DNA of 64,000 nt. Source: Diplonema japonicum. Its lineage: Eukaryota > Protista > Euglenozoa: Diplonemea. Below the pieces are notes generated by a model, which saw only the letters and a list, made by a program, of their open reading frames with translations, had not been told where the DNA came from and did not search any database. Below, in pieces: positions 1-10,497 of the stretch. The stretch spans positions 248,001-312,000 of the forward strand of contig OZ025712.1 in NCBI GenBank assembly GCA_964019335.1, written 5' to 3'. The stretch's first letter is position 1; every line of letters begins with the position of its first letter. Both the position numbers and the translations under genes were made by a program.

Positions 1-330
1 CAGAGCATCCAATGACCAACGATTGACCAACTTCCAGACCGTTCACCCCCGCAAGAATGTTGATGCTGTTTGTGCAGAAAACACATATCAGAGACATGGC
101 CACCACGTAAAGAATGCCGAGGTCGAGGGAAGTACCTAGGTAGTCCTCTACAATGGGGATTTTAGGCAACGACACGTTGGTCGCACCGTCGTAGGCCGTC
201 ATGATCGGCGCGGTGGAAATGATGGAGAGTATAATTTTGTGTCTCCATCTCACATCAAGTACATCGTCAACGAATCCCAGGAGGAGCATCAACGCGATGC
301 TGCATATGGCCGCGTTATACCGTGCAAGCT

Positions 331-371
<41 letters not shown>

Positions 372-3300
372 CCCCATACCGGAACCCTGCAAACCACCAT
401 CACTGTTAGGATCACCGCCAAATATGTTGCACCAACCACGATACCCAGTGATTCGGGGCTGGGGGAAATTAGAAAAAACTCAAGTACAGGACAAGCCCCC
501 CGCTAGAGGGCCGCCCTATGGGAGGGGGGGGTCTATCTGTTAATACTCCCCTTCTGGAGCATTGCTTTCATTCCGATTGAGGCCGTGAGCGTCTTGCGGA
601 GTCGTGTGATGCGGTCCCGCTTGTAGTCGGCTTTCAATTCCATTAGCTTGTCGTGCGTGGAGCGGGTGGCGAAAATAGGCCTCCTGGAGAAACCAATAGC
701 TGCCTTTCCTCCAATGGCGATGAGGGACTTCACTCTTTTTCTCTCGTCCGCTGGGAAGGGGCGTCGCTTCTTCCGTGCCCTGCATGCTGTGTTTATCTTT
801 ACGATGAGAGCTTTGATTCTGCGCGCCCTATCTTCCAGCAGGCCTCCCAAAGACTTTCCGGTCGTCCATTCGAAGTCAATGGCCAGTTCCACCGCCGACA
901 CCTCCGAGGTGGTGTCCTTCTCCACCCAGCGCAGTTGTGACAACCATTGTAGCAGCGGGTTCAGGTACTGGGACAGGACCCCGCTCACTCCTTCGAGCTC
1001 GCCAGCTATCGGAACGGGGCATTTCTTACCTACCACATTTCCTAATCCACGGTAGCGGCTGTGTGTTGACATCCTCCTTCTGTATGAGCTCTACGTCTCG
1101 TTTCTCAACCACCACGGCTAAGTATCGTTGCAGCTTCTCTAGGTACGCAAAGTCATGTCCTCTCGGCAGAATCGCGTGCAATTCCAGACACAGGGGCCAT
1201 CCTGTCCTGTTGCGCAGTGGTTCCAAGCCGTCCTGTGCTAGCTCTTCCTGTGCGCAGGCGCACTCGTAGAGTTGGTGGCGGAGTAGGGTTACCGTGTCCG
1301 GGTACGGTGATTCACACAGGTCGCACCTGAACCCTTGTGTGCGTGATACTGTCGTTGTTGGGACTTGGCTTACGCTCTCTTCGACTTCTTCGGTGCCGTC
1401 ACCTTCTGGTGCCAGGGGGACGCTTCTTTGATTCGTTCCTGCATGCGGGCTAAGGTAGGGGACCCCTCCGGTGATAACCCGTCTCAGGCAGTAGGACATG
1501 AGCGGGTCTTTGGCTGTTTTCCATAGTTGGTTGGTTTTGGGATCCGCTCCCGCCTCCATCCCTCTCACTGTGTTCCTCTCGTTCGCCAGCGACCTGCTCC
1601 GGGCTTTCCTCACCGCGTCCCTAAAGACGTGTCCGCGTTCGGCCCAGGGTTTGTTCCCACAGTCTAGCAATTGCGCCCAGCTCCATCCTATATAGGGGAG
1701 CCACCGACAGACCAGGTTGCCTACTGGTCCCATCGGGGTGGACCCCGTGCCGTACCCCGCAGCGATCCGCATGCATCTCTGTCGTAGTCGTTCGTCGTCG
1801 AGCGCTCCGGACACCACCTTCAGGGAGTGGTATATCACATAGGAGAGGGGATCGTTAGTGTGCCCCTTCAAGAGGACTGTGTTCACTGCGATAGGAGAGC
1901 GTCCACGGTGGTGAGGGCCCCATAGGTTGCATGTTACCCTTGTCGACAATTTCTTGAGCGTCTCGTCACATGGGGGGGAGAACGGTCCGCTGTAGAGGCA
2001 TGACGGAAGAATCGTCGTGCTGACCATGTGTGCTTTCGTCTCGAAGGCTAACCTCGTGCAACCCAGCCGGTCTAGCGAGTCAAGCGCATTCGCGGTCGGT
2101 TTGTTCCATTTCGTCCCTGTCCTGCGCGTGTTGATCTTCACGCCAAGCCCTTTGAGGTCCGACACCGTCTTGTATGGTACAGGTACTTCCGAGCCTTTCT
2201 TCATCGCCGTTCGGTCTCCCACGACTCTCGACTTGAACCCTTCCGCGGTGCCAAAGCCCACCGTCTTTTCCTCGTTGACCTGCATCCCCGTCAGGTCGCA
2301 AAACTCTAGAGTCCCTTCGACCGCTGCCTGCAGTGAGTCCCGCAGCTTCGTTAACAGATAGGCGTCGTCGGCATATGCTGCTAAGCACCTCGGCGTCCGG
2401 CGCTACCTGCTCGACGGCCCGTATCATGATGGACAGCAAGGCGTTGATGATGATGACCGACAGCGGGCACCCCTGGAGGATACCGTTCGTGGCCTCAAAC
2501 GTGTCACCAACTCCTATGGGGTACTTGAACCTCCTCGTGATCTGGGAGTACATCCCTTGGAGTGCTCTTCCTATAGATTCGTCCATTCCCAGGGCGCTCA
2601 TGAGGTCAAGGGACAGCTGTTGTGGCACCAGGTCGAAGCACTTTCTAAAATCCAGGGCCAGTCCCTCCAGCGGCTCCCCATCCACCAAAGCCAGCTCCAG
2701 CTTGGTACACAGTTCCATGAGGGCTGTCGTCGTACTGTGCTTGGGCCTAAACCCGTGCTGTCTCGGCGTGATCCAACGTTCCTGCCAGTCAAGGACACCC
2801 TTCAGCCTCGTACACGCCCACAAGCGGTAGATGGTGCTGGTCACCGTGATGGGTCGGTGGTTCAGAGGAGCTGACCCTTCACCCTTTGGAATCAGTGACA
2901 CCAGGGCTGTCGTGATCTGTCTCGGCCACTGGCCTGTCTCCTCAATCAGGTTGAAGAGGTCTGCGAAAGCTCTCAGGATGCTCACCGGAAGACGTTTCAG
3001 CTCACTCATCCGCCAACCGTCCACGCCACAGGCCCCTTTGTCCGGCTTCTTCTTGATCACTTCCCTCAGCTGTTCCGCTGTGATCGAAGTACGCGACATT
3101 AGGGTTTTCTTGATCATGTTCCCGTAGCGCTGTGCAAATCGTTCGTACTGTGGCTCGTCCTCTGGTGCCCGTGCAGAAAAGACGCCCGACCAAGCGTCTC
3201 GCATCACCTCGTCCATCTTCCGTAGGTTTGCGGTCACTCCACCATCTGCCGTCTCAACCACATCTGTCCTTTGGTTTGGGTGGTCTTTGATCCAGGCTGT

Positions 3301-4704
3301 GATGTGTCTGCGCTCCTTCCCAAAATCAGAGCGTATTGAACGTTCGTATGCTTTCGCCTGCATGTTCTTGCGGCATAGGAGCAGCTCCGACAACATTCCC
3401 TGGGAGTAGTCCTCAGCTATTTCAAGCTCCCCCCTGATGCTATCAATACTCCCTGTCGCGTCTATCTTGCAGAACTCGACCTTCAGCTCTTCCCCTAGCG
3501 TCGTTATGTTTCTGAGCGCGTTCCGTATCTCCACCGGGAGTGGCCCGCAGTGTCCACCCTCATAGAGTTTCAACATTTGCTGTTTTGCACTTCGAATTTT
3601 GAGCTTCAACTTCTCAAGCCGCTGTTGTCGATTTGTTGCCGCCCCGACTGCCGACTCCGTTGACCTCGCACTCAGCTCTGACCTCGTAGGCTCCCGTACC
3701 TTGCCCTCCCGGTGTATACGTTGCGTACCGGTCCCACGTACCCATGTAGTAGGTATTGTTCCGCAAGGTCTGATATCTCTGAGAAAGCTTCGGTTGGCCT
3801 CTGTGCTGCAATGAACTCACGGTACCTCGACTTCTGCATCAGTGTCTCCGCTATTCCGACTGGCGCCTTCTTGGTCTTTGGTATCTCCAGCGGGACGGTG
3901 TATCTTAGGACTTCTTGTCGAAAGGCTAGGATGTTGAGTGTTACCGACAGGCATCGGTGGTCCGACCCGGAGATAGCCTCGCTTACTCCGCAATGCTCGA
4001 GCCCCTGGGCCGCGATGTTGTTCAACAGTACCCTATCAACCCGCGTATTGCAATTGGTTCTGACAAGTGTGCTCTCTACCTGTACTCCATCCCTCCGAGC
4101 ACAGAATGCAGCGGCGTCTATCCAGTCCGTTTGTAAAGCCCTCCTTAGTGTGGCGGATCGGGTTTCGTCCGTGTTGAAGTCCCCCACTACTGCCACCGGC
4201 ACGTCTCCCAGCTCGAACTTGAGTCGGTGTAGTAGGTAATGGAGAAGCTCTTCACGGTACTTTGCCTTCGTCGGGTCTTGGCCTGAGTGGCAGTATACAT
4301 TCACCAGGTGGAGCCATCGCTTGTTCCCATCATGTGAGATCTTTACGTGTGACCATCTGTCTTTATGCGGCCCAGTCGTAAAAGTCGGAAAAAAAAAAAA
4401 AAAAAAAAAAAAAAATTGCATACATCAGCAGTTTTTTAAACTCGTCGGAGAATAACCCCAACGGCCTTGTTTTCCTCTCCTCTCTGAACCGGTCCATCCC
4501 TTCGGGGGTTATCTTGTTGATGTCGATCCCATAGATGCCCCTGTCGCGGAGCACGTTCTTCCCCTGTGCGATGCCTCTCGTGGTGAGCGAGTAAGCCACG
4601 CACGAGAGCACGCAGGTCACTCCTATGATCCCTGCGATGCTTTGCTGGTCATTCATGTCCATTGGGTCAATAGATGTGCCAAGCATTTCATTTAGAGCGT
4701 CCAT
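1..4704 (-). CDS. DPAGT1: UDP-GlcNAc:dolichyl-phosphate GlcNAc-1-P transferase (3' end runs out of window); exons 4424-4704, 380-458, <1-328
   Basis: Spliced translation gives GIYGIDINK...KKLL-I|PESLGIVVGATYL...RVP|LARYNAAICSIALMLLLGFVDDVLDVRWRHK...FCTNSINILAGVNGLEVGQ. GT-AG introns 459-4423 (phase 2) and 329-379 keep the frame. Confidence 0.93.
479..4387 (-). mobile_element. 5'-truncated, frameshifted non-LTR retrotransposon (APE endonuclease + RT + Cys/His domain) inside DPAGT1 intron 1
   Basis: APE motifs (VNVY, VGDFN, RVDRVL, SDHR), RT motifs (GVDGW, LIPK, RPI, QHGFR, LDFRKCFD, GILQGCPLS, YADD after a frameshift near 2380) and CxxC..HxxxxC. Frameshifts near 3705, 2380 and 1045. Candidate 7-bp TSD gaaaaaa at 472-478 and 4388-4394. 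Confidence 0.93.
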
Positions 4705-4903
4705 TTTACCCACCCCTCTGTGGGGAAAAGAAATTTTTTTTCTTCTTTTTTTTTTTTCAGTTTTTTTCTTATAAAAAAGGGGGAAGAATATAAAAAAAAA
4801 AAAAAAATGTGTAAAAAAAAATTTTTTCTTTCGTCTTTCCCCCCCCCCTTTTTTTTTAGTGTACGTTTCAAAAAAAAAGTTTTTTTTTTTTTTTTTTTTT
4901 TTT

Positions 4904-5284
4904 TTATTGTTCCGCGTTCTCCTCAGGTGTCACTTCCATCACAGGTGGAGGGGGATCTTTTAAGGAGAGTTTCCCATCAACGACGTCGCCGTAGTTGGCA
5001 AAGACTTCTTTCACGACGTCAGTGCACGATTCTGGAATATCGACACTCGACCTGTTGGGGGCCTTCAGGATGGCAATCACCAACTCCATCGCCTCTCTGT
5101 TCTCTGCGGTAACAGGACCAGGCGCGTTCAGCTGTGGCAGCCCTACCTCGCTTACGACTTCAGACCACTCACCGTCCCAGGAGAGGTCCTCACCATCAAC
5201 TTTTACCCCCGGAATGTTGACTGGGTTTTTGGTGATGTCCTGGGACAAGTGCGTAGATGCGTCACCTCCTGAGATGTTTCCCAT
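4904..5284 (-). CDS. hypothetical protein, possible N-myristoylation (MGNIS)
   Basis: 126-aa ORF with coding-like composition between homopolymer spacers; A-rich leader before the ATG. Confidence 0.7.
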   Translation of the reverse strand: MGNISGGDASTHLSQDITKNPVNIPGVKVDGEDLSWDGEWSEVVSEVGLPQLNAPGPVTAENREAMELVIAILKAPNRSSVDIPESCTDVVKEVFANYGDVVDGKLSLKDPPPPVMEVTPEENAEQ

Positions 5285-6349
5285 TGTGTTTTTTTCTTTT
5301 TTTTTTGTGTCTTTTTTTTTTTTTTTTTTTTTTTGCCAACGCTCACGCTTAAAAAAAAAGAAAAAAAACCAAAGAAAAAGACTGTTGTGTGCGCGTAGAA
5401 AAAGGAAGGACTATGAACATAAGTTGGTGTTTTCTTTTCTTTTTTTTTTTCTTCTTTCTTTTCTTTTTTGTTGTTTTTGCAGATTTTCTTTTTTTTTTGT
5501 TCCTCCCCCCTTGTTCATTGAGGGATTTTTCTTCCCCCAAAGGCGTTCATTCGACATCGCAGGTACCCTACCCCACCCCCCCCCCTTTTTATTTTTCTTC
5601 TTCCTCAGTTTTTTTTTTTTCCTTTTTTTTTTTAATCCCACTCAATTTGCAAAAACAAGAGAACAAGGGAGAAAAAAAAAAGAAAGAAAGGGAGAAGAAA
5701 AAAAAAGAAGAAAATACACACAGAGAATGGGGGGGGGGGGGGGGGGGGGGGGGAGGGGCGAGCCCCCTGCTCGGTTCTTTCTCCTACGAGCTCATCAGGT
5801 CGTCCTGGTCCACCTGTAATTACTGCTAGTTTACCCTCAGTAAACATGGAACAGGAGAAAGCAACTTAGTAGATAGTTGAAAAAAAAACTTTTTTTTTGG
5901 TTCTCCTTTCCCCCCCCCTCTTTTTTTTTCCCCCTTATTGGGGTTTTGTATGAGGAGATCACGCTGAGATAGAATTATCCATTGTGAATAAATAGCTATT
6001 TCTTTTTTTTTTAAACCCCCCTAAAGGCGGTGCTGATAACATCCCAATTTTGTCCCCTTCCTTTTTTTTTATTCCCCCCCCTTTGTATTGTTCAAAAAGA
6101 AAAGAGAGACATTTAAAAAAAAATCAGGTGGAAAGAAAAAGTTTTGAAAAGCCCTCCCCCCCTCCCCCCAGAGAAAAAAAGTCAAATTCTTTCCAGAACC
6201 TTTTATAAAAAGAGGGATTCTTTTTTTTTTCTTTTTTTTCTCCTTTTTTTTTTTCCCTTTTTTTTTTTTTGCGCGTGAAGGTGGGAAACCTGCAAGCGCT
6301 GATTGCCACATACTTTTTAGATTTTGAAATCTTTTTCTTTTTTTTTTAA

Positions 6350-7199
6350 CCCATAAAGGACCGCTATTTTTCGTCTAAAAAGTCGATTTTGAACTTTTCG
6401 TTCAAATACCAAAATAAAATGGCGAGGGTGGAGTTAGAGGGTGTGTACCTATATTATTCTCACTACCCCATTTCTGGAGCGCGAAGCGGCCTGCATTTCA
6501 GCCCCAGACGCGCCCAAACTTTGGTGGTAGAGCAGCATTTGAGAGAAACAACTCTTGCAAAGGGTTTAGAGCCTGTTTCTTTCCATTACCGTTCTGAAAT
6601 ATTGTGAATATGGGGTATCTGTGAGTTCATCCTGTGCCCAGTAGACCTTGATATCTGTCTTGATTATGAGCCATGTAAGTATCCAAAGGCCTCTATACCA
6701 CTCGAATGGCTTGCTGCCCACCCCACGATAGCCTTTTAGAGCCGCAGGAGTGAAAAACAACTCAAAGTACAGGACAAACCCCCTGCTGGAGGGCCGCCCT
6801 ATCAAAAACAAAGGAAAAACCTCCAGCCCATTGAGACCCACTACTGGTACACTTGGACCTGGCACCTTGCGAAATATTTTCCCCCCCACCTTCTCGATTT
6901 TGTCATCCCATTCCATATCCGGGATATCCCCATCATCCGGTGACACTGACCCTTATTCAGTGCTTTCGGCACTACTCCTTATGGGGTGTAAAAAAAACAA
7001 TGTCTGTGCCACTATTTTTTTTTCCCCTTGCAGTTTGGATGCAAAAATTTACGGGCGATATAGCGTTCAGCATAAAAAAAGTCGCGCAATAAGGCCCCTC
7101 TTTAAAGAGTGGGCATGCAGAGCACTAAAAATGCCTTAGCAGAATTTTAATTTTTTAATCTTTTTTTTAGCTGAATATTCAGCTCCGGTCCTTTATGGG
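6350..7199. mobile_element. non-autonomous piggyBac-like element (850 bp)
   Basis: Perfect 14-bp TIRs CCCATAAAGGACCG (6350-6363 / 7186-7199) flanked by TTAA at 6346-6349 and 7200-7203. Subterminal palindrome AGCTGAATATTCAGCT at 7169-7184. No transposase ORF. Confidence 0.88.
6761..6803 (-). mobile_element. 43-bp extreme 5'-truncated copy of the LINE 3' end
   Basis: Close match to LINE terminus 479-519; flanked by the exact 8-bp direct repeat aaaaacaa (6753-6760 and 6804-6811). Confidence 0.85.
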
Positions 7200-7520
7200 T
7201 TAAATAAGTAAATATGGGAGTATTGCAACCACTTGGAATGTAATGGAGAAAAACTTCTGAGGGATGAAAGCGTTGTGTCGCTGCTTAGGAAAGGTCACTT
7301 AAATGCTGTAACTTTTTTTTTTTTTTTTTTGGCTGATGGTCTCTAAGGGATATTAAAAACTGGATCGCTACATCCCACATTCTCCTCATTCTATTTGTAT
7401 TTTCTTTTTTTTTTTTGTTTGCTTGTATATTTTCTTCTCCCTCCCCCCCCCCCCCCTTTTCCTTTATTACATATAGCAGAAAAGGGAGATAGGGTGGAGG
7501 TTTGCTGTGCCAAAAGGAAA

Positions 7521-7551
<31 letters not shown>

Positions 7552-8034
7552 CCTCAATGTTGTTTTTGTGTTTTTTCCCCCCCCACATTTTTTTCGCAGG
7601 AAAGAAAGAAAAAGAAAAAAAGAAAAAAAAAACTCGTGTGCATTCTGCCAACCGCAAAAATAACAGGAAAAAGTCTCTAATTTCACAAAATGAAAAGAGA
7701 AGGGAGAGGAAGGGAACCAGAAAGAAGAAGAGAAGAAGGAAAAAAGAAAGAAAACTGACACACCTGACCAAACCAGTACAAAAAAAGGGGGGGCATATGC
7801 TGCAAAGAGAAGAAGAAAAAAACCTACCCAGTGGTATGCTAAACCCAAGCCAATAGAAAATGGGTGGTTGTGAAAGGGACCCGCACTGAACCACCACTCC
7901 AGGCAATCTCTTCTTCTCTCGGACAGGCTACCACAGCGCAACAGGTTGAAGCGAAGGAACAAAAAAAGAAGTAGTAAAAAAAATAAAAAAGAATTCCCTG
8001 TCCCCCCCCCCCCCCCCTGCTTCACCCCCTTTTT

Positions 8035-8692
8035 TTACCCAGCAGCCAAAGTGACAATGAAGACGTTTCCGAAAGAGTCACCAAAAGCCACCTTTTGTTT
8101 AATTTTTGTTTTTTAAAAAAATTTTTTTATACAATACCTTTGAGTGGCTACCACAAGAAAGACAATAAACAGGTGCTTTGCAGTATAGAGCAAGGACCTT
8201 TTTTTTTTTTTTTTTTTTTTTTTTTCCCTCCACCCTAATATACCTCATTCCCGTCCTTCGGGTGGAACACATGGACAGTCCGCGAATTGCACGCAGCAAT
8301 GATGTAGTACCCGAGCCTTCCTGGACAATAGTTAGAGAGAGTCCATGTTTGCTTCTTCCCGGGTTGTGTGTTCGGCCTCGGTACTTCGTCAACAGACAAG
8401 GAGAGAGAGCAAGTCCCCCTAACGGCGTCCCAAACCTTTAGGATCCTCTCGTCGTTGCTGACGATGAACTTCCCGTCGGACCTGTAGGCACAGCTGAGAA
8501 CAATCCCAGTGTGCCCTCGTAGGGTATGCTGTGCTGAGACATCTGAGGTCTTCCAGATCCTCAAGGTTTTGTCGGCCGACGCGGAGACGATATGCGAGCC
8601 ATCAGGTGAGAAGGACACGCTGATGATGATACCGTCGTGTTCCATGAACGAGTTTTGCTCTCTTCCTTTTTTGGTCTCCCATATGCGGCAGA

Positions 8693-8723
<31 letters not shown>

Positions 8724-8820
8724 GAATACCTTGTCCTGACAACCCGAGACCAACAGTTTGGAGTCTCTGCTGAAACAGCAGCATATTACAACCTTCTCGT
8801 GTTCGAAGGTGAGCGTCTGG

Positions 8821-8872
<52 letters not shown>

Positions 8873-9014
8873 GACAAACCTGCTTCCCCGTGGTCACATC
8901 CCACAGGATCATGGTGTTGTCTCTAGACGTCGTAGCAAGGTACTTCGCATCGTTTGAGAAGCAAGCGCTTATAATCGTGTCATCGTGGCTGTAATTTCTT
9001 TTTTGTTTTCCCCG

Positions 9015-9046
<32 letters not shown>

Positions 9047-9744
9047 AATACCCCATGAAAGACATTATTTCCTTCCCGGTTTCGATATTACACATTGTCA
9101 TCGAGGCGTCCTCATTGCTGCAGGAGATGAAGAAAGATTCGCTGGGAGACACGCAGATACACTTTACCCGTGCGGAGTGCCCTGTGTATTTTTTTTTTTT
9201 TAAAAAAAAAAATTTTTTTTTTCACACCAATCAAAGAATATTTCGAGTAAGATCGGATATGGTACTCCTCCAGGTTTTTCTTCGGTCTCTGATCGTCATT
9301 TGGGATTTTTAGCTCGTTGAAAGCATCTTCCTCGTCGTTGATCATGGAGACAGCGAAATCACCAAAGTGGAACATGCTGTCCTGCAAGGAGGCCTTGGCA
9401 TGCCTTATCCGAGGCGGCTGTCTGGGGTTCTTCTTGACGTGGGGTTTCTTTTCGATCTGATTCACATCCACCACAAAGTCGCCCCAGAGGAAGATAGCCG
9501 GCTCCTCCTCGTTTCTCTCCTTTGCCAGAATGTCGAGGCGATGCTCAGATTTGGTGCGGTTTCTGTCCAACCCAGGTCTCGCTGGTTCCTCGTCAGAGCT
9601 GTAATAGCTTTCCTCATCGAGCTGTTTCTCTCTCCAATTGTCGCCTCCTGTGCCCGCCTCATTCTTCGCCCCCCGACCCCTCCCCGGGGGTGCCGTGGCC
9701 TTTCCCTTCTCATCTGTTTTCTCGGCACTCACGCCACAACCCAT
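8035..9744 (-). CDS. WD40-repeat protein with N-terminal dual-acylation motif (MGCGVS); 6 mini-introns
   Basis: GH...WD-type repeats are restored by removing GT-AG introns 9182-9227, 8989-9051, 8817-8879, 8694-8729, 8198-8243 and 8092-8137; TAA stop at 8035-8037. Confidence 0.9.
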
Positions 9745-10331
9745 TTTTTTTTTCTTTCTTTTTTTTTTTTTTCTTTCTTGCCGACCTTCCCCCCGCCGCC
9801 GCCCTCCTCCCCACCGCTCCTTTTTTTTTTTTTTTTTTTTTTGGAATTTAAAAAAAAACAAAAAAAAAACAAAACAGTTCTCTATAAATATGTGGGGGGA
9901 GGGGAGTAAGAAAATACAAAAAGAAAAAGAGAATGGGTATGGAGAGGGGTAAAAAGAAATGGGGGGGGGGGGGGTTTCCTTGTGCTGAGGGAAATTTTTC
10001 AAAAAAAAAAGGGTAAAAAAAAAAAGAAAAGAAAAAGAAAAAAAAAGACGTATGGACACCGAGGTGTTTTCTTCTTCTTTTTTTCTTCCTTTTTTCTCCC
10101 CCTCTCTCCCTTACACCGTTTTATTTTCCCTCCCCCTTTTCATTCTACCCAGTTGCATTTCCTGTGCCTTTTCGTCCTCGTTTTTTGTTCGAGGGGCAAC
10201 GGGAAAGAGAAAGGGAAAAAAAAAGAAAGAAAAAGCGGGCTGGGGAAGGGGAGACATGGCACCGTAGTAACATGAACTAATATATGAAAGGGAGAAAGGG
10301 GATAAAAAAGTAAACATCTAGAAAATAGAGA

Positions 10332-10365
<34 letters not shown>

Positions 10366-10497
10366 GTAACACACACAATAATATAAAAAAGATTTTAACC
10401 ACCCTCCTTTTTTATTTTCCCAGTTTCTTTTCTCCCCCCCCCCCCCCGTAACAAACAGAAGAAAAACTATATATATATAAAAAAAACCTACAGAATC

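Noticed and set aside
333-371. Poly(T) run read as the LINE's poly(A) tail
   Set aside because: It lies in DPAGT1 intron 329-379; exon 380-458 (PESLG...) separates it from the LINE end at 479.
1040-3710. Programmed frameshifting in the LINE ORF
   Set aside because: The three shifts lack slippery-site context, and one is a single missing G in a G-run; decay or sequencing error is simpler.
1-4704. DPAGT1 as a LINE-disrupted pseudogene
   Set aside because: All expected exons and phase-compatible splice sites are present.
5775-5805. Hammerhead ribozyme or C/D snoRNA (minus-strand CTGATGAG...GAAA)
   Set aside because: Stem II lacks the closing C before GAAA, I found no stem III or cleavage triplet, and there is no downstream CTGA D box.
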